Assembly (NCBI GenBank): GCA_017450825.1
Contig: JAFSSV010000044.1
Coordinates: 1 to 44,809, forward strand
Reading direction: 5' to 3'
Origin: Synergistaceae bacterium
Lineage (GTDB): Bacteria > Synergistota > Synergistia > Synergistales > Aminobacteriaceae
Length of the DNA stretch: 44,809 bases
This document shows positions 1 through 9,040 of the stretch, piece by piece; position 1 is the first letter of the stretch; each line of letters starts with the position of its first letter. Under the pieces are notes generated by a model that made no database searches, was not told the origin of the DNA, and saw nothing but the letters and a program-made list of their open reading frames with translations. The translations under genes and the position numbers were made by a program.

Positions 1-510
1 GAATTCAGGCTTAGGGACTTTTGTATCGACATAAAGAGCTTGGCCAACGGAGTCGGGATCTGAAATTTCTGCTTTGCCGTCCAAGACCATTGAGTCTTTA
101 TAGACTTTAATTTTTAAATCTTCGATTTGTTGGAGGAGGAGTCCTTTTTCTTTTTCCTGATTGCCAAGAAGAACATGTTTTATATCTCTGAATTGTGCTT
201 CGATATGATTGACCCGGGCGGCCGAGATCGCATACATGACTGTACTTTCAACGCCCTGAACTTCGTAATATTTAAAGTAAGCGTCGTTGACGTGCTTATA
301 AGCGTCGCTGTACTTATCGCTGATTACGTCGTCGATAGCCGCGTTAAATTCAAGCGCCATATCCGCGGCGACTCCCCGCCAGTCTTCGTAACGTTTTTTC
401 TTTTTGGCTGCTTCGGAATTGTCTGTGCAGACAAAAATAAAAGAGCATAAAATTAATACAAGCGTTGCGATTTTCGCAAAGCCTCTTAGATTTTTGGACA
501 AGTGATTCAT
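1..510 (-). CDS. Hypothetical secreted or membrane-anchored helical protein; 3' end lies outside the window
   Basis: An open minus-strand frame starts at the ATG at 510-508 and runs off the left edge (170 codons). It is absent from the ORF track because it is truncated. The N-terminus MNHLSKNLRGFAKIATLVLILCSFIFVC looks like a signal or anchor peptide. The remainder (AYFKYYEVQGVESTVMYAISAARVNHIEAQF) is charged and helical. It resembles the periplasmic N-terminal domains fused to FTR1-type iron permeases, but this is unverified. Confidence 0.5.
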   Translation of the reverse strand, partial: MNHLSKNLRGFAKIATLVLILCSFIFVCTDNSEAAKKKKRYEDWRGVAADMALEFNAAIDDVISDKYSDAYKHVNDAYFKYYEVQGVESTVMYAISAARVNHIEAQFRDIKHVLLGNQEKEKGLLLQQIEDLKIKVYKDSMVLDGKAEISDPDSVGQALYVDTKVPKPEF

Positions 511-614
511 TTCCCTTCTATGTACGGAAAAATTATGTGAGTCAAACTTCTTTGTTGAATGGAATTTTATCAGCAGTTTTTTGATAGGTCAAGAGAAAAG
601 TTAATTATCTCAAA

Positions 615-649
615 CAAAAAAAGAGTCCCCGAAGTTTTTTCGGAGACTC
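615..649 (-). terminator. Rho-independent terminator downstream of ilvD
   Basis: On the minus strand the sequence reads GAGTCTCCGAA-loop-TTCGGGGACTC followed by TTTTTTTG. The single non-Watson-Crick position is a G.U wobble only in the minus-strand RNA. This fits the orientation of ilvD. Confidence 0.7.
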
Positions 650-661
650 TGAAAAATATTT

Positions 662-2312
662 TTATTGAAGTCTTGCGCCCTTGTCTGCGCTTGTAACGAG
701 CTTGGCATACCGAGCAAGCCAGCCCGTTTTAATCTTAGGCTCTAAAGGTTTCCAAGAGGCCCGGCGCTTTTCGAGTTCCTCGTCAGAAACTTTCAGCTCA
801 ATTTTGTAAGCGTTAATGTCTATGCTTATTATGTCGCCTTCCTGAACAAGCCCGATATTTCCTCCCGAAGCAGCCTCCGGCGATACATGCCCGATACTTG
901 CGCCGCGTGTAGCTCCGGAAAATCTCCCGTCTGTAATTAAAGCTACGCTCGTATCGAGTCCAGCGCCGCAGATTGCGCTTGTCGGGTTCAACATTTCACG
1001 CATTCCCGGGCCGCCCTTGGGGCCTTCGTAACGAATCACTACGACATCGCCCGGCTTAATCTTCATATTATAAATAGCTTCGATTGCTTCGTCTTCAGAA
1101 TTAAAGACTCGGGCCGGGCCCTCGTGCTTTAACATCTCCTTAGCAACCGCCGAACGCTTCACAACACAACCATCAGGAGCAAGATTGCCGCGCAAAACCG
1201 CAATGCCTCCATAAGGCGAATAGGGATTTTCAATCGGGCGAATAATATCATGGTCAAGATTATTTGCAGGCGCGATATTTTCTCCGACTGTCTTTCCTGT
1301 CGCGGTTAATAAGCTTGTGTCGATTAAATTTTTCTTAGCAAGCTCATTCATGACAGCATAGACTCCTCCGGCGCGGTCTAAGTCTTCCATGAAAGTATCT
1401 CCGGCCGGAGCTAAGTGACATAAGTTCGGAGTACGTTCGCTGATCTCGTTGGCCTTGTCTAAATTAATTTCAACGCCGGACTCGTGAGCTATCGCCGGAA
1501 TGTGAAGCATGGTATTCGTAGAACACCCGAGCGCCATATCTACAGCAAGAGCATTCTCAAATGCCTTGGCCGTCATTATGTCACGGGGTCTGATATTTTT
1601 TTCTACAAGCTCCATGATTTTCATTCCGGTTAATTTTGCGAGTCTTATTCTTGCGGAGTAAGGAGCGGGGATTGTCCCGTTGCCTCTTAACGACATTCCT
1701 ATAGCTTCGGTAAGACAGTTCATTGAGTTCGCCGTGTACATTCCGGAGCATGAACCGCAGGACGGGCAAACGTTAGAAGTATAGTCATCAAGTTCAGCGT
1801 CGTTAATTTTTCCGGCATGATAAGCTCCGACCGCTTCAAAAATGTGACTCAGGCAAGTTCTCTTTCCGCTGCTTAAATGCCCGGCCAACATAGGCCCGCC
1901 TGCACAAAAGATCGCCGGAATGTTCAGCCTTGCGGCCGCCATTAAAAGCCCGGGGACGTTCTTGTCACAATTAGGAACCATTACGAGGCCGTCAAATTGA
2001 TGAGCAAGAGCCATAGACTCTGTGCTGTCTGCAATTAATTCACGGCTTGGAAGAGAATACTTCATTCCCTCGTGTCCCATTGCTATTCCGTCACAGACAG
2101 CTATAGCAGGAAATTCAATCGGCGTTCCTCCGGCGGCGTAGATTCCTTCTTTAACGGCTTGAGTGATTTTGTCCAAGTGCATATGACCGGGGACAACTTC
2201 ACTGAAGGAATTAACGACTCCGATTATCGGTCGGCTGATTTCTTCTTTAGTGAGGCCGAGAGCATAAAGTAAGCTTACATTAGGCGTACGCTCCGGGCCT
2301 GATTTAATATTC

Positions 2313-2332
<20 letters not shown>
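662..2332 (-). CDS. ilvD: Dihydroxy-acid dehydratase
   Basis: 556 aa. It shows the typical IlvD N-terminus ([22 protein letters not shown]), the Fe-S cluster region ([25 protein letters not shown]) and the C-terminal [22 protein letters not shown]. Confidence 0.95.
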
Positions 2333-3346
<1,014 letters not shown>

Positions 3347-3400
3347 TTAAAAAAGATTTCGATTATTTTAGCATTACTTTAAAAAAATATAGTAAGCACA

Positions 3401-3665
3401 CTTCCCCACCCCTTGGCCCTCTTGTGGAAAAATAACCCCCTCGCCAGCAAGCTGGCCCTCTCCCCCTTCACAGGGGGCGCAAGGATTTTTTCAAGATACT
3501 CTATTCCCTTTACACCTTGCCTCCCCTGAAAGGGGAGGTGGTGAGCGAAGCGAACCGGAGGGGTTAATTTTTAAAAAGGGGAGGTGCCTGAACGAAGCGA
3601 AGGCGGAGGGGTTGTAGTTAGAAGAAAAAGGGGAGGGCCTGAAAGGAGGCCGGAGGGGGTTAGTT
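3401..3665. repeat. GC-rich mosaic hairpin repeat, locus A (between the pbpC 3' end and the ilvC 5' end)
   Basis: A chain of C-run/loop/G-run hairpins, for example CCCCCT-tcac-AGGGGG at 3462-3477 and CCTCCCC-tgaaa-GGGGAGG at 3520-3538. Three degenerate tandem units of form GGGGAGGTG..GAACGAAGCGAA..CGGAGGGGTT lie at about 3528-3565, 3572-3613 and 3623-3662. Modules are shared with loci B, C and D. Confidence 0.9.
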
Positions 3666-3676
3666 AAAAAAGGTCT

Positions 3677-5851
3677 TCAAAATAATTTTTGTACTTGAGT
3701 TCTTCCCGGCGTAAAAACTTTCACGTCAACCTTGACGCTTCGTCCGGTGGTATCGGCGGCGCTCACAACGTGTTCACCGTCAGGAATGTTATAAAAAAAA
3801 TTTTTGTCCGGCAATGACGAGCCTATGAAATTTCCGTCCAGCCACCACCACACGCGCTCGGCTGCTCCTTCGGTCTTGAGGGGAATTTTTCTTTCAGTGT
3901 CGAACGGTGCCGCAAAATATGACGCGCCCGGGATAGGCGACACTATGCTTAACACAGGGCCTTCACGTTTTAGTCCTTTGGGAAGATTTATATTAACTTG
4001 GCCGGATTTCATGACGTGCATATCACATGGAAAAGTTTTTGTTACGCCGGCTATAGCCCATTCGTTTTTAATGCTTGGACATAAAGCCGTAGGAGGCTTG
4101 CCGGAAAGCGAACAGACCGGACGCAAAATTAATCCTTCGGGCTTCTCGTACCATGTTGAATTAGGAGAAAGGACGCGCAAAATTTTTACTGCAACAGGAG
4201 CCGCCGCTCTTGCTCCTACGAGTCCTTCCCATGAAGTTCCGTCAGGCTTGCCCGCCCACACTACGACAGTGTAATCAGGAGTCCATGCCGCCGCCCATGC
4301 GTCACGCAATCCGTAAGAAGTCCCGGTCTTTAAAGCTATCCGCCATTGACTCCCAAGAGTCCCGCGGGCAAACAATGAAAGCTCACCGTTATATTTCAAA
4401 ATGTCACTGACAAGCCAACAAGCCTCCGGACTAGCAAGCCTTTCACCTGGAATAAAATTCAAATCGCTTGACAATAAACTCAAAGGCCTATGAAGTCCCT
4501 GGGAAGCTAACATAGTAAAAGCTTCAAGTTCTTCAAGCAAAGTTACATCACAGCCGCCAAGTATTAAACTGTCGCCGTAATAAATCGCATTCTGTGATAA
4601 ATGCTTCAGGCCTGTTTGACGCATGAGCGATAAAATTTTCCCGTTGCCTGTCGAACGCAGGACTCTAACCGCAGGAGCGTTCAGACTTTCTGAAAGAGCT
4701 ACACGGGCGCTCACAGCTCCGCGATATTTGAGATCAAAATTTCTAGGAGCGCGGCCGGAAAAAGCCATCGAAGTATCAGCTAAAAGAGTCGAAGGCGTTA
4801 ATTCTCCGTTATCAATAGCGCAAAGATACGCGAAGGGCTTTAGCGTTGAACCGGGCGATCTCAAAGCAAGACCGCAGTCAACCCAATTTTTATTAGCATA
4901 ACTGAATCGCGCATTGCCAACCCATGCTGTGAGGCTTGCGGTTTTATTGTCAACAACTCCGGCCGCAAGCGTGACATCTTCGGGAAAATTATTTAAAGAT
5001 TGTTTCAGGATTGCTTCAAGCTTAGTTTGAGCTTCAAGATTTAAGCTTGTATTAAATGAAGAGTTTATATTTTGACTCAAGACAAGCTCCGTAAAATGAT
5101 AAGCCCTTCGAGGGAGTTCAAATTTTCTTCGCGGGAGATCTTCAAGGCGGGCGCGTCTGGCTTCGTCATGAGAAAAAATTTTTTTCCGCTCCATTAAATT
5201 TATTATATTGTTGCGGCGCTTTCTTGCTGCTTCGGGGCGGGTGTCCGGTCTGTAAAGAGTTGGGCCTTTGAGCATTCCGATTAATAAACAGGCTTCGCCC
5301 GGAGAAATTTGTGACGCTGACTTCCCAAAATAAACAAGGGACGCTGCTTGAACGCCCCTGATATTTCCCCCGAAGGGAGCAAGATTTAAATAAGCCTCTA
5401 AAATTTCCTGCTTGCTTAAAATTTTTTCGAGCTTCGAGGCCATTAAGAACTCTTGAATTTTTGTCGCGATATTTCTTTTTCTGCCTCTTGGCTCTGAAAT
5501 TGACATGCGAATGACTTGGCTTGTAATTGTCGAAGCTCCGCTGACTCTTCGCAAGCGCGTTATATCTTGAAAGATTGCCCGGCCAAGCGCAAGGAAATCA
5601 ATTCCGGAATGCCTCCAGAATCGTCCGTCCTCTGCTCCGATTGCAACGAGCGGAAGCCATTTGCCCATATCGTCAAGCCTTATAGGGATTTGCCATTCAG
5701 ACGAGGGCGACAGCTTAACATGAAATAATTTTCCGTTTACGTCATAAAAAGCCTGCGAGCCGTTAATATTAATTGAAGGACTTTCAGTGAGATATAACGC
5801 GCCTTGAAAAATTCCAAAGGTTAGCAAAAATATTATTAAGATTTTTTTCAT
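3677..5851 (-). CDS. pbpC: Penicillin-binding protein 1C (bifunctional GT51 transglycosylase / transpeptidase)
   Basis: 724 aa. GT51 motifs are EDGRFWRHSGID and GASTITSQV. Transpeptidase motifs are STLKP (SxxK), SLN (SxN) and KTGTS. A C-terminal PBP1C-type beta domain and an N-terminal membrane anchor are present. Confidence 0.9.
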   Translation of the reverse strand: MKKILIIFLLTFGIFQGALYLTESPSININGSQAFYDVNGKLFHVKLSPSSEWQIPIRLDDMGKWLPLVAIGAEDGRFWRHSGIDFLALGRAIFQDITRLRRVSGASTITSQVIRMSISEPRGRKRNIATKIQEFLMASKLEKILSKQEILEAYLNLAPFGGNIRGVQAASLVYFGKSASQISPGEACLLIGMLKGPTLYRPDTRPEAARKRRNNIINLMERKKIFSHDEARRARLEDLPRRKFELPRRAYHFTELVLSQNINSSFNTSLNLEAQTKLEAILKQSLNNFPEDVTLAAGVVDNKTASLTAWVGNARFSYANKNWVDCGLALRSPGSTLKPFAYLCAIDNGELTPSTLLADTSMAFSGRAPRNFDLKYRGAVSARVALSESLNAPAVRVLRSTGNGKILSLMRQTGLKHLSQNAIYYGDSLILGGCDVTLLEELEAFTMLASQGLHRPLSLLSSDLNFIPGERLASPEACWLVSDILKYNGELSLFARGTLGSQWRIALKTGTSYGLRDAWAAAWTPDYTVVVWAGKPDGTSWEGLVGARAAAPVAVKILRVLSPNSTWYEKPEGLILRPVCSLSGKPPTALCPSIKNEWAIAGVTKTFPCDMHVMKSGQVNINLPKGLKREGPVLSIVSPIPGASYFAAPFDTERKIPLKTEGAAERVWWWLDGNFIGSSLPDKNFFYNIPDGEHVVSAADTTGRSVKVDVKVFTPGRTQVQKLF

Positions 5852-5859
5852 TTTTTTTA

Positions 5860-6100
5860 ACCAACCCCCTCCGCCTTCACTTCGTTCAGGTACCTCCCCT
5901 TTTTAAAAATTAACCCCTCCGGTTCGCTTCGCTCACCACCTCCCCTTTCAGGAGAGGCAAGAGTGTAAAGGGAATAGAGTATCTTGAAGAACTCTCTCGT
6001 CCTCCCTGAAAGGGGGGATGTCAGCTTGCTGACAGGGGGGTTGCTTTCCAAGAGGGCCAGCTTGCGGCGAGGGGGTTATATTAAGCTGGGGTGTTCGGTT
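5860..6100. repeat. GC-rich mosaic hairpin repeat, locus B; an inverted copy of locus A, immediately upstream of pbpC
   Basis: The reverse complement of 5863-5988 aligns to 3490-3613 with about 5 differences in about 125 nt. The reverse complement of 6051-6079 aligns to 3432-3460. Extra hairpins are inserted at 5989-6050. Confidence 0.9.
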
Positions 6101-6120
6101 AAGGTTGTTAATCTAGAAAG

Positions 6121-7758
6121 CTACACATTACTTTTAATAATATCCAGCGTATAGCCTGCTATATTGTTGCTGTGATCTCCAATTCGTTCGAGATTGCTAA
6201 GCAGCGAGATAAAGTTCACGCCCTTCTCCGGATCGCATTCGCCGCGGTTAAGGCGATCTATGTGAGCTTTGCGGTAAGTTCTTTCTTGATTGTCAATTTT
6301 CTTTTCAAGATCCCTGATAACCTTCCAAGCTTCGGAAGAATTTTCATCGTTAAGAGATTTCATTGAAGTATCAATAGAAAGAGTCGTCGTATCGAACATG
6401 TCTTTTAATTCGTTGATAGCGTCTTCGGATAAATAATTATCCATGAGGTCGGCGCGTTCGATTAAATTTTCTGCACGGTCGCCGATTCGTTCGAGATCTA
6501 ACGAGGCGTTCACGTAGCAGCCCAAGACAGTCGAAACTTCGTCCGAGACTCCGCGCTGCCAGATTTCAGACGAGTAGCCCGCAATAGCTTCAGTGATTTT
6601 ATTAACGCTTTGCTCGTAGTTGTCGAATTTCTTTCGGCGCTCTTCAAGCTTTGACGAGTCGTAGCTGAACAGAGTCTCACGGACTAACGCGAACATGTCA
6701 TGAATAATCCGGCCCATGTGCATTAATTCATCTTTGACCGCCGCAACGGCCGAAGCACTTGAAACAGAAATTAAATTCAAGTCCAGATACATAACTTCTT
6801 CGAGTTTATCTTCAGGGCTTAACGGGATAAGCCTTGAAATTAATTTCGCAAGCAATCCAACGAACGGGAAAAATATTACGGTGTTTAACAAATTAAAAAT
6901 CGTGTGAGCGTTGGCTATCTGTCTTCCGATATCGGGACTGCTCCATAAAATTATTTGCTTGTATAACGGGAAAGCCAGCAGGAATATCACCGTGCCTATT
7001 AAATTAAATAACACGTGAGCAGTAGCAGCTTGTTTGGCCGGACGGGTTGCGCCCATAGATACGACAATAGCAGTTAGAGTCGTTCCTATGTTGTCGCCGA
7101 GAATTATCGGGACAGCCGCGTCGAGTCCTATCAAGCCCTGTGAAGCTACAGCCATTGTTAAGCCGATTGTCGCGGCGCTTGACTGAATCAAAATCGTTAA
7201 GACCATTCCGGCTATGACTCCTGTTATAGGGTTCTGGCTCAAGATCAATAACATATCTTTATGCCGTGAGATTATGTGAGTGGCGCTTGACATTGTCTGC
7301 ATTCCAAGGAAGAGAAGACCGAGGCCGACAATGCCGCTTGAAAGGTAAGTGATTTGTTTTTTCTTTGCGAAGATTGAAAGGAATACACCAAAGAAAACTA
7401 ACGGTAAGGCGAAGGCATCAATTTTAAAGGCAATGATTTGGGCTGTAACTGTTGTTCCTATGTTTGCTCCCATTATGATCCCGATCGCTTGATTAAGCGA
7501 CAACAAGCCGGAATTCACGAAGCTTACTGTCATAACCGTTGTGCCTGTACTGGACTGAATGAGAACCGTAACGAGAATTCCTACGAAGATCCCGCGAAGA
7601 GGAGTCTTGGTGAGATCGCCGATTAATTTTCTCATTCTGTCCCCGGCTATGAACTGTAACGCCTCACTCATAAGCTTTATTCCGTACAGGAACAGGGCAA
7701 CGCCGCCGGCTATGTTAAAGAACGTCTTAATGTCCAAAATAAAATTTCCTCCGTACAA
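6121..7758 (-). CDS. Na/Pi cotransporter family protein with C-terminal PhoU-like repeats
   Basis: 545 aa. It has a polytopic N-terminal half with duplicated QSSTGTT / QSSAATI motifs typical of NptA/YjbB-type Na/Pi cotransporters. The C-terminal half carries ERIGDRAEN and ERIGDHSNN PhoU-like motifs. Confidence 0.85.
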   Translation of the reverse strand: MYGGNFILDIKTFFNIAGGVALFLYGIKLMSEALQFIAGDRMRKLIGDLTKTPLRGIFVGILVTVLIQSSTGTTVMTVSFVNSGLLSLNQAIGIIMGANIGTTVTAQIIAFKIDAFALPLVFFGVFLSIFAKKKQITYLSSGIVGLGLLFLGMQTMSSATHIISRHKDMLLILSQNPITGVIAGMVLTILIQSSAATIGLTMAVASQGLIGLDAAVPIILGDNIGTTLTAIVVSMGATRPAKQAATAHVLFNLIGTVIFLLAFPLYKQIILWSSPDIGRQIANAHTIFNLLNTVIFFPFVGLLAKLISRLIPLSPEDKLEEVMYLDLNLISVSSASAVAAVKDELMHMGRIIHDMFALVRETLFSYDSSKLEERRKKFDNYEQSVNKITEAIAGYSSEIWQRGVSDEVSTVLGCYVNASLDLERIGDRAENLIERADLMDNYLSEDAINELKDMFDTTTLSIDTSMKSLNDENSSEAWKVIRDLEKKIDNQERTYRKAHIDRLNRGECDPEKGVNFISLLSNLERIGDHSNNIAGYTLDIIKSNV

Positions 7759-7810
7759 ATTTAAAAATTTTTAAAAAGTATATCAAAGCACTTTCAGAAT
7801 TCATAATTCC

Positions 7811-7840
7811 TTCACATTGATAAGAAGATTGTTTTATAAT
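7811..7840 (+). promoter_or_regulatory. Candidate sigma70-type promoter for the RND efflux operon
   Basis: TTCACA at 7811-7816, an 18-nt spacer, then TATAAT at 7835-7840. If this promoter is used, the track start at 7817 cannot be translated, which favours the ATG at 7883. Confidence 0.4.
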
Positions 7841-7882
7841 CCTAAAAAAATTTATATTCAAAGGAGCTTATTTATATTTCAA

Positions 7883-9034
7883 ATGAAACACTTTGTTAAA
7901 ATTTTAATCGGCGCGCTGATTATTGCGGGCGTATGTTACGGCCTCAATACCTTGCGCGAAAAACACCAGCCCGAGCCAGAGCCGGAAATAATCCGCCCGG
8001 TAAGAGTCATAACGCTCACCGGCGGTTCAGACTCAATGACGCGTCACTACTTCGGAAAAATTCAGGGCGGCAAACGCGCTGATCTTTCTTTCAGAGTCTC
8101 CGGAACGTTAAACAAAATTAACGTCGAAAAAGGAGCAGCCGTTAAGACAGGCGACCTCTTAGCTACGTTAGACCCCCGCGACTTCAACACAAGAATTTCT
8201 CAAGCTTCAAGCTCGCTGTCACAAGCTCAGGCTCAATATAAAAACGCTCAAGCCGATTTCAAACGCTACGAGAATTTATACAAGCAAAAAGTTATTGCCC
8301 GGGCACAGTACGACACTTACAAGACTCAACTTGATGTCACACGAAGCGCCGTAGGAGCAGCGCAGGCGAATTTAAAATCTCTTCGGGATGCTTTAAAAGA
8401 TACAGAGCTTCGCGCTCCCTTCGATGGAATTATCGCTGATAGGACTGTAGAAAATTTTCAGGACGTTACGGCCAAGCAGACTATTTTTAGCTTGCAGGAT
8501 CTTTCAGCATTAGAGATAGTCTTCAACATTCCGGATAATGATATTCTTCTTGCTCCCTTGCCGAGAATGAAGAGCGTTAAAGATTTACAGAAAAGCCAAG
8601 AGCTTTTTAATATTGTTGCCCGTTTCGAGGCAATGCCCGATAAAACTTTCCCTTTGACAGTCAAAGAAGTTGCGACACAGGCCACAGCCGCCAATACTTA
8701 CCCGGTTACAGCGACAATGCCTCAGCTTCAAGATATTCGCGCCCTTCCAGGCATGGCCGTAACGGTTGAAGTTTATATGGAGGGTGGAGAAAAGGACGAA
8801 GGTTCTCCAAAATATTTAGTCCCTGCTACTTCAATCTTGAACGAGAAAAATAAAAATTTCGTCTGGAGATTTAACAGCGGCAAAGCTGAAAAAATTTCTG
8901 TCGAAGTCGGAGGCATTAAAGACAGCGGCATGTTAGAAATTCAAAGCCCCGTCCTTCATAACGGAGATAAAGTCATTACGGCCGGCGTATATTTTTTGCG
9001 TGAAGGTCAGAAAGTCCGCTTGCCCGAGGAGTGA
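7883..9034 (+). CDS. Efflux RND transporter periplasmic adaptor subunit (HlyD/MFP family)
   Basis: The track ORF starts at 7817. The internal ATG at 7883 gives a typical adaptor signal-anchor (MKHFVKILIGALIIAGVCYG) and is preceded by AAGGAG at 7861-7866. The protein has lipoyl-like, coiled-coil (AQAQYKNAQADFKRYENLYKQ) and beta-barrel segments. It lies directly upstream of the RND pump. Confidence 0.85.
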   Translation: MKHFVKILIGALIIAGVCYGLNTLREKHQPEPEPEIIRPVRVITLTGGSDSMTRHYFGKIQGGKRADLSFRVSGTLNKINVEKGAAVKTGDLLATLDPRDFNTRISQASSSLSQAQAQYKNAQADFKRYENLYKQKVIARAQYDTYKTQLDVTRSAVGAAQANLKSLRDALKDTELRAPFDGIIADRTVENFQDVTAKQTIFSLQDLSALEIVFNIPDNDILLAPLPRMKSVKDLQKSQELFNIVARFEAMPDKTFPLTVKEVATQATAANTYPVTATMPQLQDIRALPGMAVTVEVYMEGGEKDEGSPKYLVPATSILNEKNKNFVWRFNSGKAEKISVEVGGIKDSGMLEIQSPVLHNGDKVITAGVYFLREGQKVRLPEE

Positions 9035-9040
9035 TTTTAA

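Noticed and set aside
127-450. A 107-aa plus-strand ORF at the left end.
   Set aside because: It is antisense to a better-supported minus-strand frame (1..510) that has a signal peptide and runs off the window edge. The plus-strand product has no recognisable features.
3528-3662. Periodic units of 45-52 nt that could be mistaken for a mini CRISPR array.
   Set aside because: The units are degenerate rather than identical. The sequence between them is only about 5-10 nt, not spacer-sized. No cas genes or leader are present, and the same modules occur singly and inverted elsewhere.
3401-3665. G-quadruplex potential of the many G-runs (GGGGAGG, GGAGGGGG) in the repeats.
   Set aside because: The G-runs are interleaved with complementary C-runs, which would favour hairpins or duplex. 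Canonical G3+N1-7 x4 spacing is not met by eye. A G4 predictor would be needed, so no claim is made.
5857-6051. A 64-aa ORF (MESNPPVSKLTSPLSGRTREFFKILYSLYTLASPERGGGERSEPEGL...) lying inside repeat locus B.
   Set aside because: It lies entirely within the GC-rich repeat. Its composition (runs of P, G, E, R) is what translating C-run/G-run hairpins produces. It has no RBS at proper spacing, and the equivalent frames in loci A, C and D are not conserved as ORFs.
7761-7774. A perfect 14-nt palindrome TTAAAAATTTTTAA in the divergent promoter region between the Na/Pi transporter and the RND operon.
   Set aside because: It is pure A/T low complexity in an AT-rich intergenic region. No regulator gene is adjacent, and it is likely a chance or curvature element.
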